Assembly (NCBI GenBank): GCA_965637545.1
Contig: OZ281500.1
Coordinates: 23,064,001-23,128,000, forward strand
Length of the DNA stretch: 64,000 nt
Source: Phallusia mammillata
Lineage: Eukaryota
Direction: 5' to 3'
Shown: positions 38,746 to 52,700 of the stretch, piece by piece
How positions within the stretch are numbered: the first letter of the stretch is position 1
Layout of the letters: each line of letters begins with the position of its first letter
The notes under the pieces: model-generated
Seen by the model: the letters and a program-made list of their open reading frames with translations, nothing else
Told to the model about the DNA's origin: nothing
Database searches by the model: none
Position numbers and translations under genes: made by a program

Positions 38746-39354
38746 CAGTGGTTCTCAAACTTTTTAGACCGCGACCCAAATCAGAGTTTGATGAACATCT
38801 CACGACCCAAGCATCAAACATAAAAAATGTATTAAACGAGATGGACTGCAATTTCGAGGCCACGTCGCCGCATAGAAGTCTGCCCATGTCAAAATGTCTG
38901 CAGGCTTAACGAGTTCGATTCGTTTGACAACACTGCATAACACAACACACATTGTGGCTTTGCAGCACCATGAATATTGATAGAAGTAAATCCCAAATCT
39001 AAAAAAGCTTCCTTGTACGAATACCTACTCATCCACGCTAACTGTTACGTCTCCACTTTCAGTTTCGCCAGATTAACTTGTCCTATTATTTCCCGTGCTA
39101 CGACGTTACAATCGTCATGGGCTTAACAGTCAAGTTGGAAGCCTATTGTCGTCTGTATGTGGTAATGATTGGTTCATTTTACGGTACAACATGGTCGAGT
39201 GAGGTGATTTTACTATCAGATTAAATAAATTCGTTTTTGTTTACTTAATGCAGTAATAGTTCGTTCGGGCAGAATTGAATCACAATAGCGCGACCCATTT
39301 TTTGAACCTGCGCGACCCATGTTTGGGTCGCGACCCATACTTTGAGAACCACTG
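38746..39354. mobile_element. Non-autonomous hAT MITE, 609 bp, about 350 bp upstream of receptor D
   Basis: TIR CAGTGGTTCTCAAA / TTTGAGAACCACTG; perfect TSD CTCTATGC; subterminal GCGACCCA repeats. Confidence 0.92.
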
Positions 39355-40347
39355 CTCTATGCAAACTGGACTGATATCTTGTCCATATTATTCACATTGT
39401 GCCGACCCAAAACGCTCTGTCAAAAGAAGTTAAATACTCGTGCCACGCTCTAAATGCGAATAATGTGTTGCGTTTTAGGTATATATTCAAGAAAGAAGGG
39501 TTTTAAAAAAATAAATTACGTCAGTACTGAAAATCATATTCAGTATGGACCTTTCAACGGTGTCAAAATTTATTATAAGTTTCATTTCAAAAAACATGTT
39601 TCTGTCATTACAAGTGCATAAGGTCGGTCGTTGTCGGTCGTTCCCTATCGTTGTGCACAAACCCCTTCATAATCTGCATACAATGACTAGAGTAAGGAGA
39701 AACGACTGCAAGTTTATAGCCTCTGAACTGACCTAGTACATAAATTAGCATGAAAACTTAAAAAGAAAAACTAAAACTTGTTTTTGTGGTCTGGTAGTGC
39801 AAAAAAGTAACTCAAATTTTCACTGTTAAAGTCATTTTATTGTTTCGCCACCTATACAATAGTCTTTTTGAACCTTCTTAATCTACAGACAAATGCTGAA
39901 ACTATGTATAAGATGTCACTGTAGGGTTATAGCTGCTGTAATATAGTTGCAACTGCCTGTGGTCGTACTTTGGTATGTTAAAAGAAGATGCAACTTCCTT
40001 TTAAAGATCTTTTGATGTCTATTACAGCGAAGTTTGATTGAAATTATCGCTATCTTTAAATCTATCGGCACTTCAAATGCCATTAACGGCTACAAAAAGT
40101 TCAGTGGTTCCTCGAACAACATGTCAATTGCGTTCCACGAAATCGAAATTAATCATTTACTCTGTTGTGTTGCTTCCTGTCATAAAGATGCCATGAAGGA
40201 AGTCTTGAATAGGCGGCAAAAAACTCGGTTTCGATGTTCAAAGTATACAATCATGGGAAATTTTGCCTTATGCTGTAACTTTATAAACCATGAATTAAGT
40301 TAATAAAAATCATTAGGTCATTCGTCCTTACGACTTTCATTGTAGAT

Positions 40348-40854
40348 CAGGGGTTCCCAACCTTTTTACGATCTCGTACCACTTGGACGCTCTGCACTGC
40401 CACGCGTACCACCATAGAGAACTAATGTGCTCTATCTATGGTACCACTTCTTGCAGAACAATTGATTTGTTCGAATCATATTTCATTCAACGCTAGCTTA
40501 AGGTTAAGCTACAAAACAGCAGATGATATCTATCAAGAGCAATCATTTGACAGAATTAACGCCCACTGTGCCACAGCGTTGTTCGGCTTTTCATAGCAAG
40601 TAGCAACTATGCTTTTTGTTGAGAATTGACATGACCTGTATTTTGAAGATCGTAATGATACGAAACAACAGGAATAGTTATGTAACAATGACAATAGACC
40701 TGGGGAATGTTTTTTTTTGTAAACAAGGCCAGATAAACAAAATATAAAGTTGCAAATCGAGGTTTTTGTGAACAAAACAGAAGCTACTCGCGTACCACCT
40801 GAAAACCCTTCGCGTACCACTAGTGGTACGCGTACCACAGGTTGGGAACCCCTG
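40348..40854. mobile_element. Non-autonomous hAT MITE, 507 bp (same family as 59819-60300)
   Basis: TIR CAGGGGTTCCCAACCT / AGGTTGGGAACCCCTG; perfect TSD TTGTAGAT; subterminal GCGTACCAC repeats and palindrome GTGGTACGCGTACCAC. Confidence 0.93.
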
Positions 40855-43800
40855 TTGTAGATCCATTGTAGTCTCAAGCTTATTATCTTAAGGATGAATA
40901 ACTTAACGTCTTAGCTGAACTTAAATCAATAGACATAAGGTTCATTATAGTCTCCATCCATCACGCAACGAACTGGGAGATTCTAGTTTTCTAGTTTAAG
41001 TTTAAAGTACAAGTTTTTATGTACCACAAGTCCACAAAATACGGAACTGTAGAAATCTCTCGTATGTCTAAATAAATTAGTGTGTACAAGTCAAGTGTAA
41101 AAAATCAGAAAAAAGCTTTACCTCTGCAGTAACTTCACTCTTGTCTTACAGTACACCAAAGCTACACTGGACTGTTGAAATGATTTCGGTCTTAACGGCT
41201 TATATATACTCGTGTGTAAATAGGCGTATGTCTGTTTATGTTCAAAATGACAACTGCATGCATTGGCGATTGAAATGTCCATTTCATTTTGCTTTTCATC
41301 CCTGCGTGGCGGAGGAAGTATTGGACAGCTTCCTACATATGCGCTGAAACAATCCAGAATCACAGTCCGACACTAATATATTATAACGTTGCTTCATGTA
41401 CATTTGCATAGGTGTACATAAGACGAGATCTTTTGTGGAAATATTCATCACAACTGTAATTGCAACAACCTTTAAATCTATAAATGCTTTAACCATCAGA
41501 ACCGTAATTACAACAAACAACAACATTCACTATCAATAACCAAGTTGTTACCAAAAAAACTTGCTTTATTTCATACTGATATCGGATTGCATGAGCGGTT
41601 TTTCAACATCACATATGCTTTCGGATTGTATGCGTCATAACTTGAGAACTGAATCATTTTGAAACACATTAAAGCAACGACCTCTACAGGACACTGAAAA
41701 ACTTATTTCACCAACGTTTGTCAGCCTTTAGGATGCGCCAAATCTGTTGAGATGTTTTCTGGCTTAACTTTGTCGCTAATCCTGAATGTACTTTCTCAAA
41801 CCACATATTTAACTTATGTCATGGACTGTTAGCCGTGATGCAGTGTCTAACTGACCACAGGTTAAGAACTGTTTATCAAAGTGAGCGATTTATCAAGTTA
41901 AGCGAAATGCCTGTTTAAACCTGAAGGTTACACGTTTAACTACGGAACCTGTCACAGTCACTTTATCATGTTCGTTCAATCAACGTCTGCCTTCGCTGGT
42001 CAAAAGGTAGCAAAACAAAGGTGAAGCGAAAACTGCTGACGAGTTCGTGCCTCTACCTGACATGTATTACACATGCTGAGATCACAGTAACGTTTGTGAC
42101 GTCAATCGAAATGTCTAAATGGGTCGTTTTTGTCCATTGATAAATATGCTGTTCGGAGCGCGGCTCAGTGTTGCAAGGTCGACCTTACATATACAATGGC
42201 GTGACAAACTTTAATTTGCATTACAATTTGGTAAGTCTGCGTGGTGCATTTAAATTACGGATGGTTACAATAGTTTATGCGAACGTCAGTGGCAAAACGT
42301 TTGACGTATAAGATACCGTTATATGTTACTTTTTGTTCTTGGCTATGCTACCCTTGCTAAGGCGTGTCTTTGATTCAAATTTGTCTTATACTTCTTGCTC
42401 AACGTACCGACTCATCAAGTTTCTCATCAATTACTATTACCATGGCTGCATATTTTGACTGTCATATAATTAAGATTAATACAGCATACTTTGATATATT
42501 CCTTCCGCACTTTTCAAAACTGTTAGTATTATTTCCCGACCACGGCATATAAGTTGAAACGGTTACTATAGAATAACACCGCTTGTCAATTCAGAATATA
42601 TTTGTATCAAATATAAATCATTTTTAAGGTGCAGCCCAGTAAAGCGCAATCTAAAACACATTGGTCTGTACAAATACCAAGTTCCCTCGATTTCATGGAA
42701 ACTTACATTCTGATATTACATGTAACACGCCACGCGAGTCGCATAACGTGATGGAATTATACATGATTGCCGTTAATAAAAAGCCATAATTAGTCGGCAA
42801 GGCAAAGGCTTGACCCAACCGCGACACAAAGTTATTTTCGGCTGTGGTTATTTGCTATACGTTGTCTAGGCTAAAAGACTTTGACGGTGATCAATGAGGA
42901 CTAGACCTGTATTTCTTAAACCTTTCTAAACCTGCGGACCGGTGAACTTATAGAACCTTGGGTTGTTATAGAATCTAACCCTAAAGTAATAAACCTAACA
43001 CATTGATGGTATTTCCTGCAACGCTAAAGCGAAATTAAAACACTTTTTTACCAACAATCACGTTTTGTTAGGTCATAATGGCATTAAGCGCTTCGTTGGT
43101 TTCACTGCTTTACATCTAAAGTAGCTGCACCCTAATTTTTTTGGAATTAAGGTGTAAACCTGAAATATATTTTTAGGCCGGTTGAAACGTGATAAAAAAT
43201 GTACGGTTTTAGTATGTTGTGTATACCGTTGGTATGTACACTCCCAACTTTATCTATGACGCATCCACATTGATGGTGTTATACTTTCTATCAATGATGA
43301 AAATAACAATTATTCATCTTTAACACAATTCTGTTAACCTCATTTTTTGTTTGCACTGCCAGAAATAGCCACTGATTTGTCAGTGAGTCATTGACTGTTC
43401 TAATACAACTGTGTTAACAAACTTACAAACGAAATTATACCACCATCTCTTTTCAAGTCCACTTTTGCACTGATATGAACTGGCATTTTGTAGTTGATTG
43501 GTATTTTAACCACTTTCCAAAACTGACAGCCAGAAATTACCACAAAAAGTAAAAAAATGAGATTTACACTATTCTAATAATTCCATTTTAATTTTCCTGT
43601 GTCTTCAGGCAAACCTGTTTTTATTTTGGACGAATCTAATTCTCACTACCTAACATCTTACCAAAACACAAGTTTACCACACAACTAGATCGACATACTA
43701 ACTACCTTCGCAACACACACTCACTTATTATTAGGCAATTTTCTCTGGCTATTAACCAAGTGTCAATTGACGTTCTATCTCTGCTTAATATAGCTTCATT

Positions 43801-46800
43801 GGCATTTTATGCGTTTTCAAACGGTCAATTCGCATTTGTCAAGACGTTTCAACGTCCTATAAAAAATCTAAAGCATGTACAGATCACATACAACGGTTAT
43901 AAAACAATTTTATGTGCTTAAGTCGTTCATCGCACTTATGGCTTTGAAATATGACTTGTCACGTTATTAAGTTTGAGTATTATAGCTAACCTGTCATGAT
44001 CATGTGTATTGGTGTCTTATATACGTTTCCTTATCATCCTTGTAACAATAACACACATTTGCGTACAAAGTAATCGTAGAAGCACGCTGCTCTGTTGTTT
44101 TCCTGCAAAGATTGGGGAAATGTTATCAACACGAAGTTCCCCGTTTGCATGTCGTCAAGGATAGCGATGTACGTGTACTATACTGACGCACCATCTACAT
44201 TATAATCTACGCATTGTGCATTACACTTTACTTATACGTGCACACCTACACCTGTAAAAAATCCTTACATGGTTTTCTACTTATTAATTTACGTGATAAC
44301 AATTTAAATGTATGTTTGTCGTACATGTGTGTAAGGTAGAAACGCGCTTTGAACTAAAGGTCATTTTATAACGTCAATGGTTTATAATTGCTTAATACTA
44401 CACTTGGTTTTGCCGTCCCTAGGTTGAACGTGCCGTGTTTAATAATTATGGAATACTTTCTTACTTTACGTTATGTTTTGTGCATAAAAAAGTAAATTGG
44501 TATAGAGACGGTCGATATTTTAACTAAGGTTTCGAACCACGGTGTTTTAAACTTAATAAAATGTATTTGAATATGTTGTGTTTAAACTAACAACTTTTGG
44601 ATTACCATGAATTATTGTAGGGTGACGGGTGATATTTAGAAAAATTCCTCCTAAAACTTGTTTCTTTCGTTTCGAATAAAAACAGCCCACGAAGTCGATG
44701 CATTTGCAACGTCATAGTATGGGAAAACACCACTAACCAGATGAATACCTTGTCGCTAACTGCTTGGTATATGCAGCTTGGTATATGAGTTTTGTCCCAA
44801 AAATACTTTTTACAATGGACCTAAGCAAAGGTTTTTGAAAAGATATTAATCTATAGAGTTATGTCTTACATATGTGTGATGTTATGACACTTAGAACAAG
44901 GTCAACCTATAGTTGCTATAAGTATTTGATTTTGAAAGCATTAGATTTTGTTCGCCGAAATCGTCCTTACAGTCGTATGTAAATGTTAACTGACTGCCCC
45001 TTTTTGGCTTCGTCAGTGCAAATACCGCACATCACAGTAACAGTTCCCAATCATTTACAGGAAGTTATACCTGGTATTAGCTCCCTGTTTACACAACGTA
45101 GGCACGATTAATGCCATCATCAACTGAAAACACTTAAACTTGCAACTTCAGGTTTTTCACTAACCAACTATAGTTCATTTCAAGAGTTTTTTAAGTAGCT
45201 ATACACGGAGTCAAAAATGTTTGACGTTATGTTACGTTTCGACGCAATTACTTTTATACGCACGTTTGCGTACACACTACAGATTGCCCATTTACATTTT
45301 TCGGGGAAAAGGTATGTTCATCTTTTCAACTGCCTGCACTGTCAGGTTATGCATAAACACAAGCAATGAGACTTAAAGAAACTCTTACTTTTTTGTCATA
45401 AAAAGCCAAGATAGTGGTATTGTTGCCAAAAACCTGGTAGTAACAGTCTTGTTAGTTGCATTAACAAGCTTTCATTTGTTTTTACGGTCTTTACGTTTCA
45501 ACAATGCGCAGCTTTTTCTGACTTGGAGACTGCCCTACTATAGTGCAATTGTGTCGCTGTGTTTTCTTTCATCAAGCGAAGCAAACTCAACTTTCTTTTG
45601 CTGTTTGACGGTATTTCTTAACAACCCACTGTTTTGCACATTTAAGCTTTCAATTCAAGCCTCAGAAACAACACGCCATTAAATAAATCTTAGCACAAAA
45701 ATTTCAAAGCATAAAATCATCTCTACCCATTTTAATGCTGTTTCGTACACCACACGTTTAACATACCAAGACCCACACAACTGGTTGTCTAAACTGCTTA
45801 GCTAAGGTAATATTTTTCATTTCAGCTGTACAAAGGTCGCAAGGGGACAGTTAAACGTACAACCCGTGATACAGCTGTTATTGCTTCCTTAAACGACCAC
45901 AGGAACTAACCGACAGTCACGTAAAAGCCGCAAGGGCATGGGCAATTATAGACTTTAACGACCAAGAGAAGCGTTACCATTTTACACGTTTTAATGTACT
46001 GAAATGCTAAACTTTATCACTAAATTACCACGGTTTTTAGACTAATTCCTATAACGAGAAACGGTTTAGAAACAAACATCGATGCATGGTTTTAAAAAAT
46101 TTTTACACACTTTGCATTCAGCTTTTTTCCTAGGTGCTTACATAAACTCTGTTCTAGCTCGAATTACAACCTGCACTGATGATTACAAACGTCTGCAAGA
46201 TGTTGCAAAAATACATGTTTTCTGGCGAAATGTTTTTGATTAAAGTATTTAAAAAGTGCCTTATTAGCAAATACGACACGTTTAACTAAACAAATATGCC
46301 CCCTGTGCGCACTTAGGGAAGCCTGAACATTTTGTAAATAGTTTCCCATCTGCCGTTAAACGTTGGTCCCTGTACGTGATAAATAGGCTTCGCTAGCAGA
46401 CTAAACAAAGCATTGAACGTGTGAAGGTAAACTTCCCGTCAGGCTGTTCTAATGCATTGATTAATGCAAAAATAACGACTGTTGCGTCATAATCACGTAA
46501 AACAAATTTGAACGAAACGATTGTAAAGAACAGTAGAGCTTTGTGTTTTTAATAATGATTCATCTTAAAATGGTAGTTTAGCATATGAGTTTTAAATAGT
46601 TTTACCAGGCATTGTTTTTATGCGTGCGATATTTTGCGTAGCCCATGCACATTACGTTGAAACATAGCGTAAATATAGAACAACTTCCTTTGTTTTGTTA
46701 TTTGTGCGTACGTTGCTTTGACTAATTTTGCCTACAGATTTTGTTTTACTGCTTTTTATAGCTTTTCACTCAAAAACATTTATTTGTTTTAAATCAACGC

Positions 46801-48939
46801 AAAATCAAAAACCCCAATTGTACCTAAAAACAGCATTTTTCACCAAAACTTGCAAAACACAAAACGAGAAATAAATAATTAATGAGGTCCTCAATTACCA
46901 CAACCCTATACCAAGGAATAGTGACATTCTAAATTATTCATCAATCTTTGTTTGCTCACAATTGAATGAAAGGCAGTTAGCTCAGACCACTAATCTTTTG
47001 CTATTTACCAAGCTTGCTGTTCTTTTTTTTTTGATTAGACAAAAAAAAGCTCTGTTCCCTTGGTCTAAATACCGTGTAAACCAAAAAGCAAAAATTACCG
47101 AAGTGTTATTCAAACACAAACTGCTGCAATGGTATAGTCCTGTCTTAAAGTGGTCTGAATCTAGTTTATTTCTCTATATTTAATAAATAGTTTGAAAAGC
47201 AAATTTCGCAAATTTTGTGCTTTATTGGCATGAACGACAAGTAAATGCTTTCATGCTTACAATGAGTCAGCTATCGAACTGCTGTCTTATTGCTAGTGTG
47301 TTAAGTGAGTATTATTTGCCTTCTAAAATGACAAAGTTGGTGACTTCAATTTAGTCTTTAGCTTCAAGTGCATTTATCTTGAGCTTTGCTGTATATAAAC
47401 CTTGTAAATTTCCTAGCTTAAGGTATGTTGTCTTCGCAAAAACAAAAATTTTCAAAAACGAAACCTTTCAAAGCACGACACTTTCACAATATTTGCAGTC
47501 AATTGCTTTCTTGTATCCTGATCTATATCGATCCTGTTTTTAAACCTTATACGCCGGTGAAATTTAGTCATAGAGATTCGACTTATTATAAGGTAGAGGG
47601 GGTTTACGATCGTTAAAACAGGCGAAAAGGTTCAAGGAGAAGAGGTTGATTTTGTATTCCGTAAAAATCCAGATTTAAGCTCGGGCCTCAATGCTAAAAG
47701 TAAAATTTTATTAATCATCTTGGTTTACATGCTAAGTCCGTTTTTCGCTTATACAAAGTACCAATTCAGGACAGAGACACGAACTGTGCTTTCCACTTTT
47801 TTACGTTTAGAAACGTCTCCAAACAACTCCAAACAATTCGTTTCTATATCCAGTTTTGTGATTAAATGTCCATGTAACACCGTCCCTATGATTTCCCACA
47901 GCGAGCGAAATCAACTTAATTCAACAACCAATATTCCTGCGCGTTATCAGTTTTTTACTGTTATTGATTAACAATGCCTTCATTTACACATTTACACAAA
48001 ACACGACCTTCCAATTAATCTTAGACTGGACTCTGATCTGATCTCATTAAAGAAGCCTTGCAGATTACCAGCACGTTGCTTCACAATTACAACCCTTCTT
48101 CTTTCCATTCCGAAACTCTTTCTTCACATTCCAGCAGCTACGCCGTTCAAACAAAAATCCTAAAACGAGCTTACACTAACGAATGCTTACAGGTCTAATT
48201 TCCCGTGAGGCTACAATCTTATTACATCATGCCAATTCCCAAACGCTCTTAATGTCACTTCTTGCAGCCTTCCCTCGTGTCACGTACAATGCAAACCGAA
48301 AGACAATCGGATATTAAATTACCACCACCAAGGTTTCGTTTTACGCTTTGGGACGGCTTAGATTGCTCATTGGCGCTCTGAAATGAACGTGTTGACATAT
48401 GCTCCGTGTCTACATTAGATATTTGAACTGATACATTGTTTCCGATGACTGTTAATCGTGGTTAGAAGGTATTTAGTACTGGTATCGATTCGATAGCTGC
48501 AAATATCATAACCTGAAAGGTCTGAAGGCGAAAAATATCATATAATGTGAAGACATTTATGATTTATTGGTCAAATTGTCGTTCAGGACCCAATTTGCAA
48601 ATGCTAAATACCATCGTAGCAAATTCTATGTTGAGAAAATATCACAAAAGCTACGACCTAATTCATTTCAGGTCAATTGAATATCTTTTGATGCCAACGT
48701 GGCACATACACACAAACCTGGCAAACCTCAAGTGGTGTCTGACATTGGAGTCTATTTGACATCCAAGAGTCAATATCAGGTTTTCAAATTCCACGAATTT
48801 CAGACCAATTTGGCATTTAGATTTCGAAGAGGAAATGCAAGACCTGTCAATCAAGCTTCTTCCCATTACTGACAAACGGTATGACGCGCGTGTCTCTGTT
48901 CTGCAAGCATTGCCAATTATATGTGATTGTTCCCTTGGG

Positions 48940-49318
48940 CAGTGATTTTTAACCAGTGTTCCATGAATAATCGTCAGATGTTTAACACGAAATTGATTAG
49001 TTGACCAGTACTCAATAGAACACTCGTCCAAAATCACTGGTTTAACAGGCTAGGTATAAATAGCTTTTCTTTCAGGAAAGGAATTGTCTACTATCACCAG
49101 TTTGAATGTTCCATCGTGATTTTGCTTCATTTATTGTTGTCAATAATAAGACTCCTTGTGACATAATAGGAATGTATTTGCGTGGGCCTGTTGCTGCTTA
49201 CAATAGTTGAGTGTGAGATTGTTTATTTTATTGCATCTTTATAAATTTTCGTTGGTGTTATCCAGGAATAATTTAATGCATAGTGCGTTCAGTGGCTCAA
49301 AAAGGTTAAAAAACACTG
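48940..49318. mobile_element. Older hAT MITE, 379 bp
   Basis: TIR CAGTGATTTTTAACC versus GGTTAAAAAACACTG (14/15); TSD degenerate (CCCTTGGG versus CCCTCAGT). Confidence 0.65.
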
Positions 49319-49746
49319 CCCTCAGTGATTTTGAACAGGATCTGTCTTGAATGCTGACTGAGTTAAATTCGTACAGATTAGATTATTGTTAAATGAGTAA
49401 CCGAAGATACCAACAAAAGTAGAAAACGCGTACTTTTAAGAAGAGTTTAGCAGTTAGGAGGCAGAAACGCTGCGTCTTTACTTGTATTTACTGTCATTGC
49501 ATTAATTGCTCCAAAACTTAGTCGATATAAAGTTACTTTTTAACCTGAATTTTGAGATTTGCAGTTTCAAGGGTATTTGGTTTTATGTGGTTTCGACCCA
49601 TTTACGTACATTTTTTCGCACCAAACGATCTAATCAATGTCTCTCAATCAACATTACCACTCTTAATGCGTGAAAAACTATATTTTTGCAACAAAAAGGA
49701 GCGATGGGAAAGAAAGTCAAAATTTGGCATGGAAATCGAAACTGAA

Positions 49747-52700
49747 TTATTTTGATGCGTTGGCATTGGCATCAAGCGCGTCATCTGGTGGTTGAATTTC
49801 TGCCGCATTTTCCATGGTTGGGGTGCGGGGTGTCATTTCCAGTTCATCGCTCAGCCTGTCAGGGGTAACTTCCCAGTTATGAATGTAAATCTACAGGGTT
49901 TGGCAGCAAAATAAAGTGTTGTTAATGATGTTGTAGATGATAATCACTTTAAGCCAGTTTCATATAACTATAGTCGCATGCACCACAGGTGCTTGCTCAT
50001 TGCTCATTTTCAATCACGTAAAAATATTAAACCTGTAGTTATAACTTTCTTTGGAACAAAACCATACAAAAATTTAAACTCGTAACTCAAGAACACAAGA
50101 GTTCACAAAAGAAAGCCAGTTAGTAATCCATTTAAATGTACGGCATCAGATTCCGGTTAATTGTGATCAATTTAATCGCAAACTCGTTTTATTGCATACT
50201 GACTCCTAAACATAAGGTCATCATAAGTTACGTCTCCCAGTTTATGGTATACCCCGGTTAATCCCCAGAGAAAGCTTGAACAATTGAACTTGCCACCATG
50301 TCCACTGCAAAATGTGGTAAACAAGAAGCCACTAAAATCTATGCAACGAACCTGGTAAATGACACAAAACAAGAGCGATTCCACAATCTGATACAAAAAG
50401 TAAACTAGAGGATAAGAGTACATTTCCAATATCATACACGTACATCTGCGAAAAAACACCGATTTAAAGCCTTATTTTGCAATTTCTCAACGGTAACTGT
50501 GCCCAAGTGAATGGTCGCATTTAATAGCTTCACAGAAATAAAATGAATTCAAGAGCAATATTCGTTGAAGTACAGAATGTAGCGAATATTTAGGCAGTGC
50601 TTACATGTATTGAATATGCCCCCGAATGTTTAATCTTGACATAAAATGAAAACACGCAGTGTGTTGAATAAACATGGTTTTCTCGCAATAAAGTAGTATG
50701 GTTATTATGATATAGCACATCAGAAAGCAGTGTTGTTTGAAACGGCCGAGAACGATTGTCTTTTTACGTCTTGTTTTAGGTCCTATACAATATCTTGACA
50801 GTGATTTGGGGTATAACCTAAAGAAACGTTTTGCAATGACAAAACCAGCCCCTTAAATTTACCAGCTATGTGGTCATAAAATACTGGCTACGTTGTGTTG
50901 AACGTGCGTTTACATAACCCACCCGTAGTTGAGTTGAATGATCGTCGTGCACAGCTGGGAATTCTGCGTTCCCGTTTCTATGGCGATAGTTCGCTTCTGC
51001 TTTTCGGTGATGACGTCACTGCCGAGTAGTTTAGAGGTCAGATGCGACAGAGCGTAACCTAGTACGTAACCTACAAAAGAGAATATGCCGTTTTGTGGAT
51101 GAATAATACAAGAAAACAGCTGATATTATATGACAAATTTGTGTTAACATTTTAGGTTTAAAATAAATTGGATAACTAAATCTAGTTCAGTCTGTTCACT
51201 CTTTGTTTGATAAATACAGACGTTTTCTCCGTCCAAGTGCCGATTATATTAGCTGAAATCATAACAAAATGTCACTGCTTATCATCATTTTGTACAAGGT
51301 TTTAAACCCTTTTTGTTTGGCTGTGTTAAATTGCTTTTGCGAAACTCTTTGGTAGCAGTAGCAGTACATATTCGCACTTTATAAAAACAAATTTGGATAT
51401 TGGTCTCTACAGAGAGTTTCGTACAAAATTACTTCACCTGTCAAAGGCAGAATGAACCCGATCGACCAATAAATGGTAGGAATATGAAAAGCTGAAGGGT
51501 AGAGAAGAATTCCAATCAGTGCTGCCGCCAAAATTACAAATATCCCAATCACAGCTCCAACCTAGCGATAAAAATAATCAGCGAACACAGAACGCCCTGT
51601 ATATCGCTTTCACGAAGTGTGCGGCATGGGGTTCGAACCCTAAACTTTAGTTTTATGTTGTAGCCCAAATATCCCAAGTCTGCAGACTCAGATAATTCAG
51701 TATTTGACAGGTTTTCATTAGTCTGTCTTACTTCACATTTACATCTTTTGGTTTTTGTAATTTACACTAAGTGAACGGTTCTATGAGACACAAATGGTCT
51801 GACCATAAAATGACGAAGAAACACTGTTATACAACAAACACAAATCTCATGCAAGGCGCGCAAAAAAGGACATTTGTGGAATAAAGGCAAAGTATAAACC
51901 AGGGTGCCCAACGTACGACGGCAGATCAAAAACTTTATCATCCAACTACTGACCCTGGAAATGATTCTTGCCACGTTTGGTTTGAAGTAGTTGATGACGA
52001 TTCCGATTGCCACTGGAGCGATGAAAACCGCGAGAAGGATGCCTAAACAAATAAGATGTGAAAAATAAGTTCGAAAAACACAAATACGTAATTAAAAACA
52101 CTGCAAGACTGTACAAACAGTTGTAAACCTATATTTGAATTTACAATTTGATATTGATTAAAATAAATAATTATTTTGCTTTTGTTTACAAAAGACACTT
52201 AGAAACGTACAAAATCCTCTAAACAAGTTTAAACAAATACTTTAACAAAAAAACAAATGTAAATGTACATCCCGTGACTTCCATGGTATATAGCACTTGT
52301 TTTGATGTAAACGTACCAGGGAAGAAACTGACAAATGAAAGCTTTAATGCCAAATATGTGTCTTCAATTACATACTTAAACAAGAAACAAAACTATTTAT
52401 GAGTACTTACATATATTGACGTAAGGCACGACAACAGTTTCATCCACAAATGCTCGAGCGTAAATAAAGAGACATAAAGGCATCATGGCAAAAGCCAACA
52501 TGGTTGATGTTGCCGTCATAGCAATGCTTTAAACAATTTTTTTTATCAAACAATTGTTAGATCAAGTTTATAACAAGCCTACATTAAAAACATGCATGTT
52601 TGCACCAAAACAATCCGATACACAATTCATGGTTCCTATGAGACAATTCATTTCGACGGTTGCAATTTAAATTACAAGGCTAATGGAAAAGTTTATTCAA

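Noticed and set aside
41600-41700. CRGRCF peptide resembling the start of a somatomedin-B domain
   Set aside because: Followed by a stop and lacking the remaining Cys pattern; likely chance.
48800-48940. WHLDF peptide resembling an integrase core start
   Set aside because: No downstream D..E catalytic context and the ORF is short.
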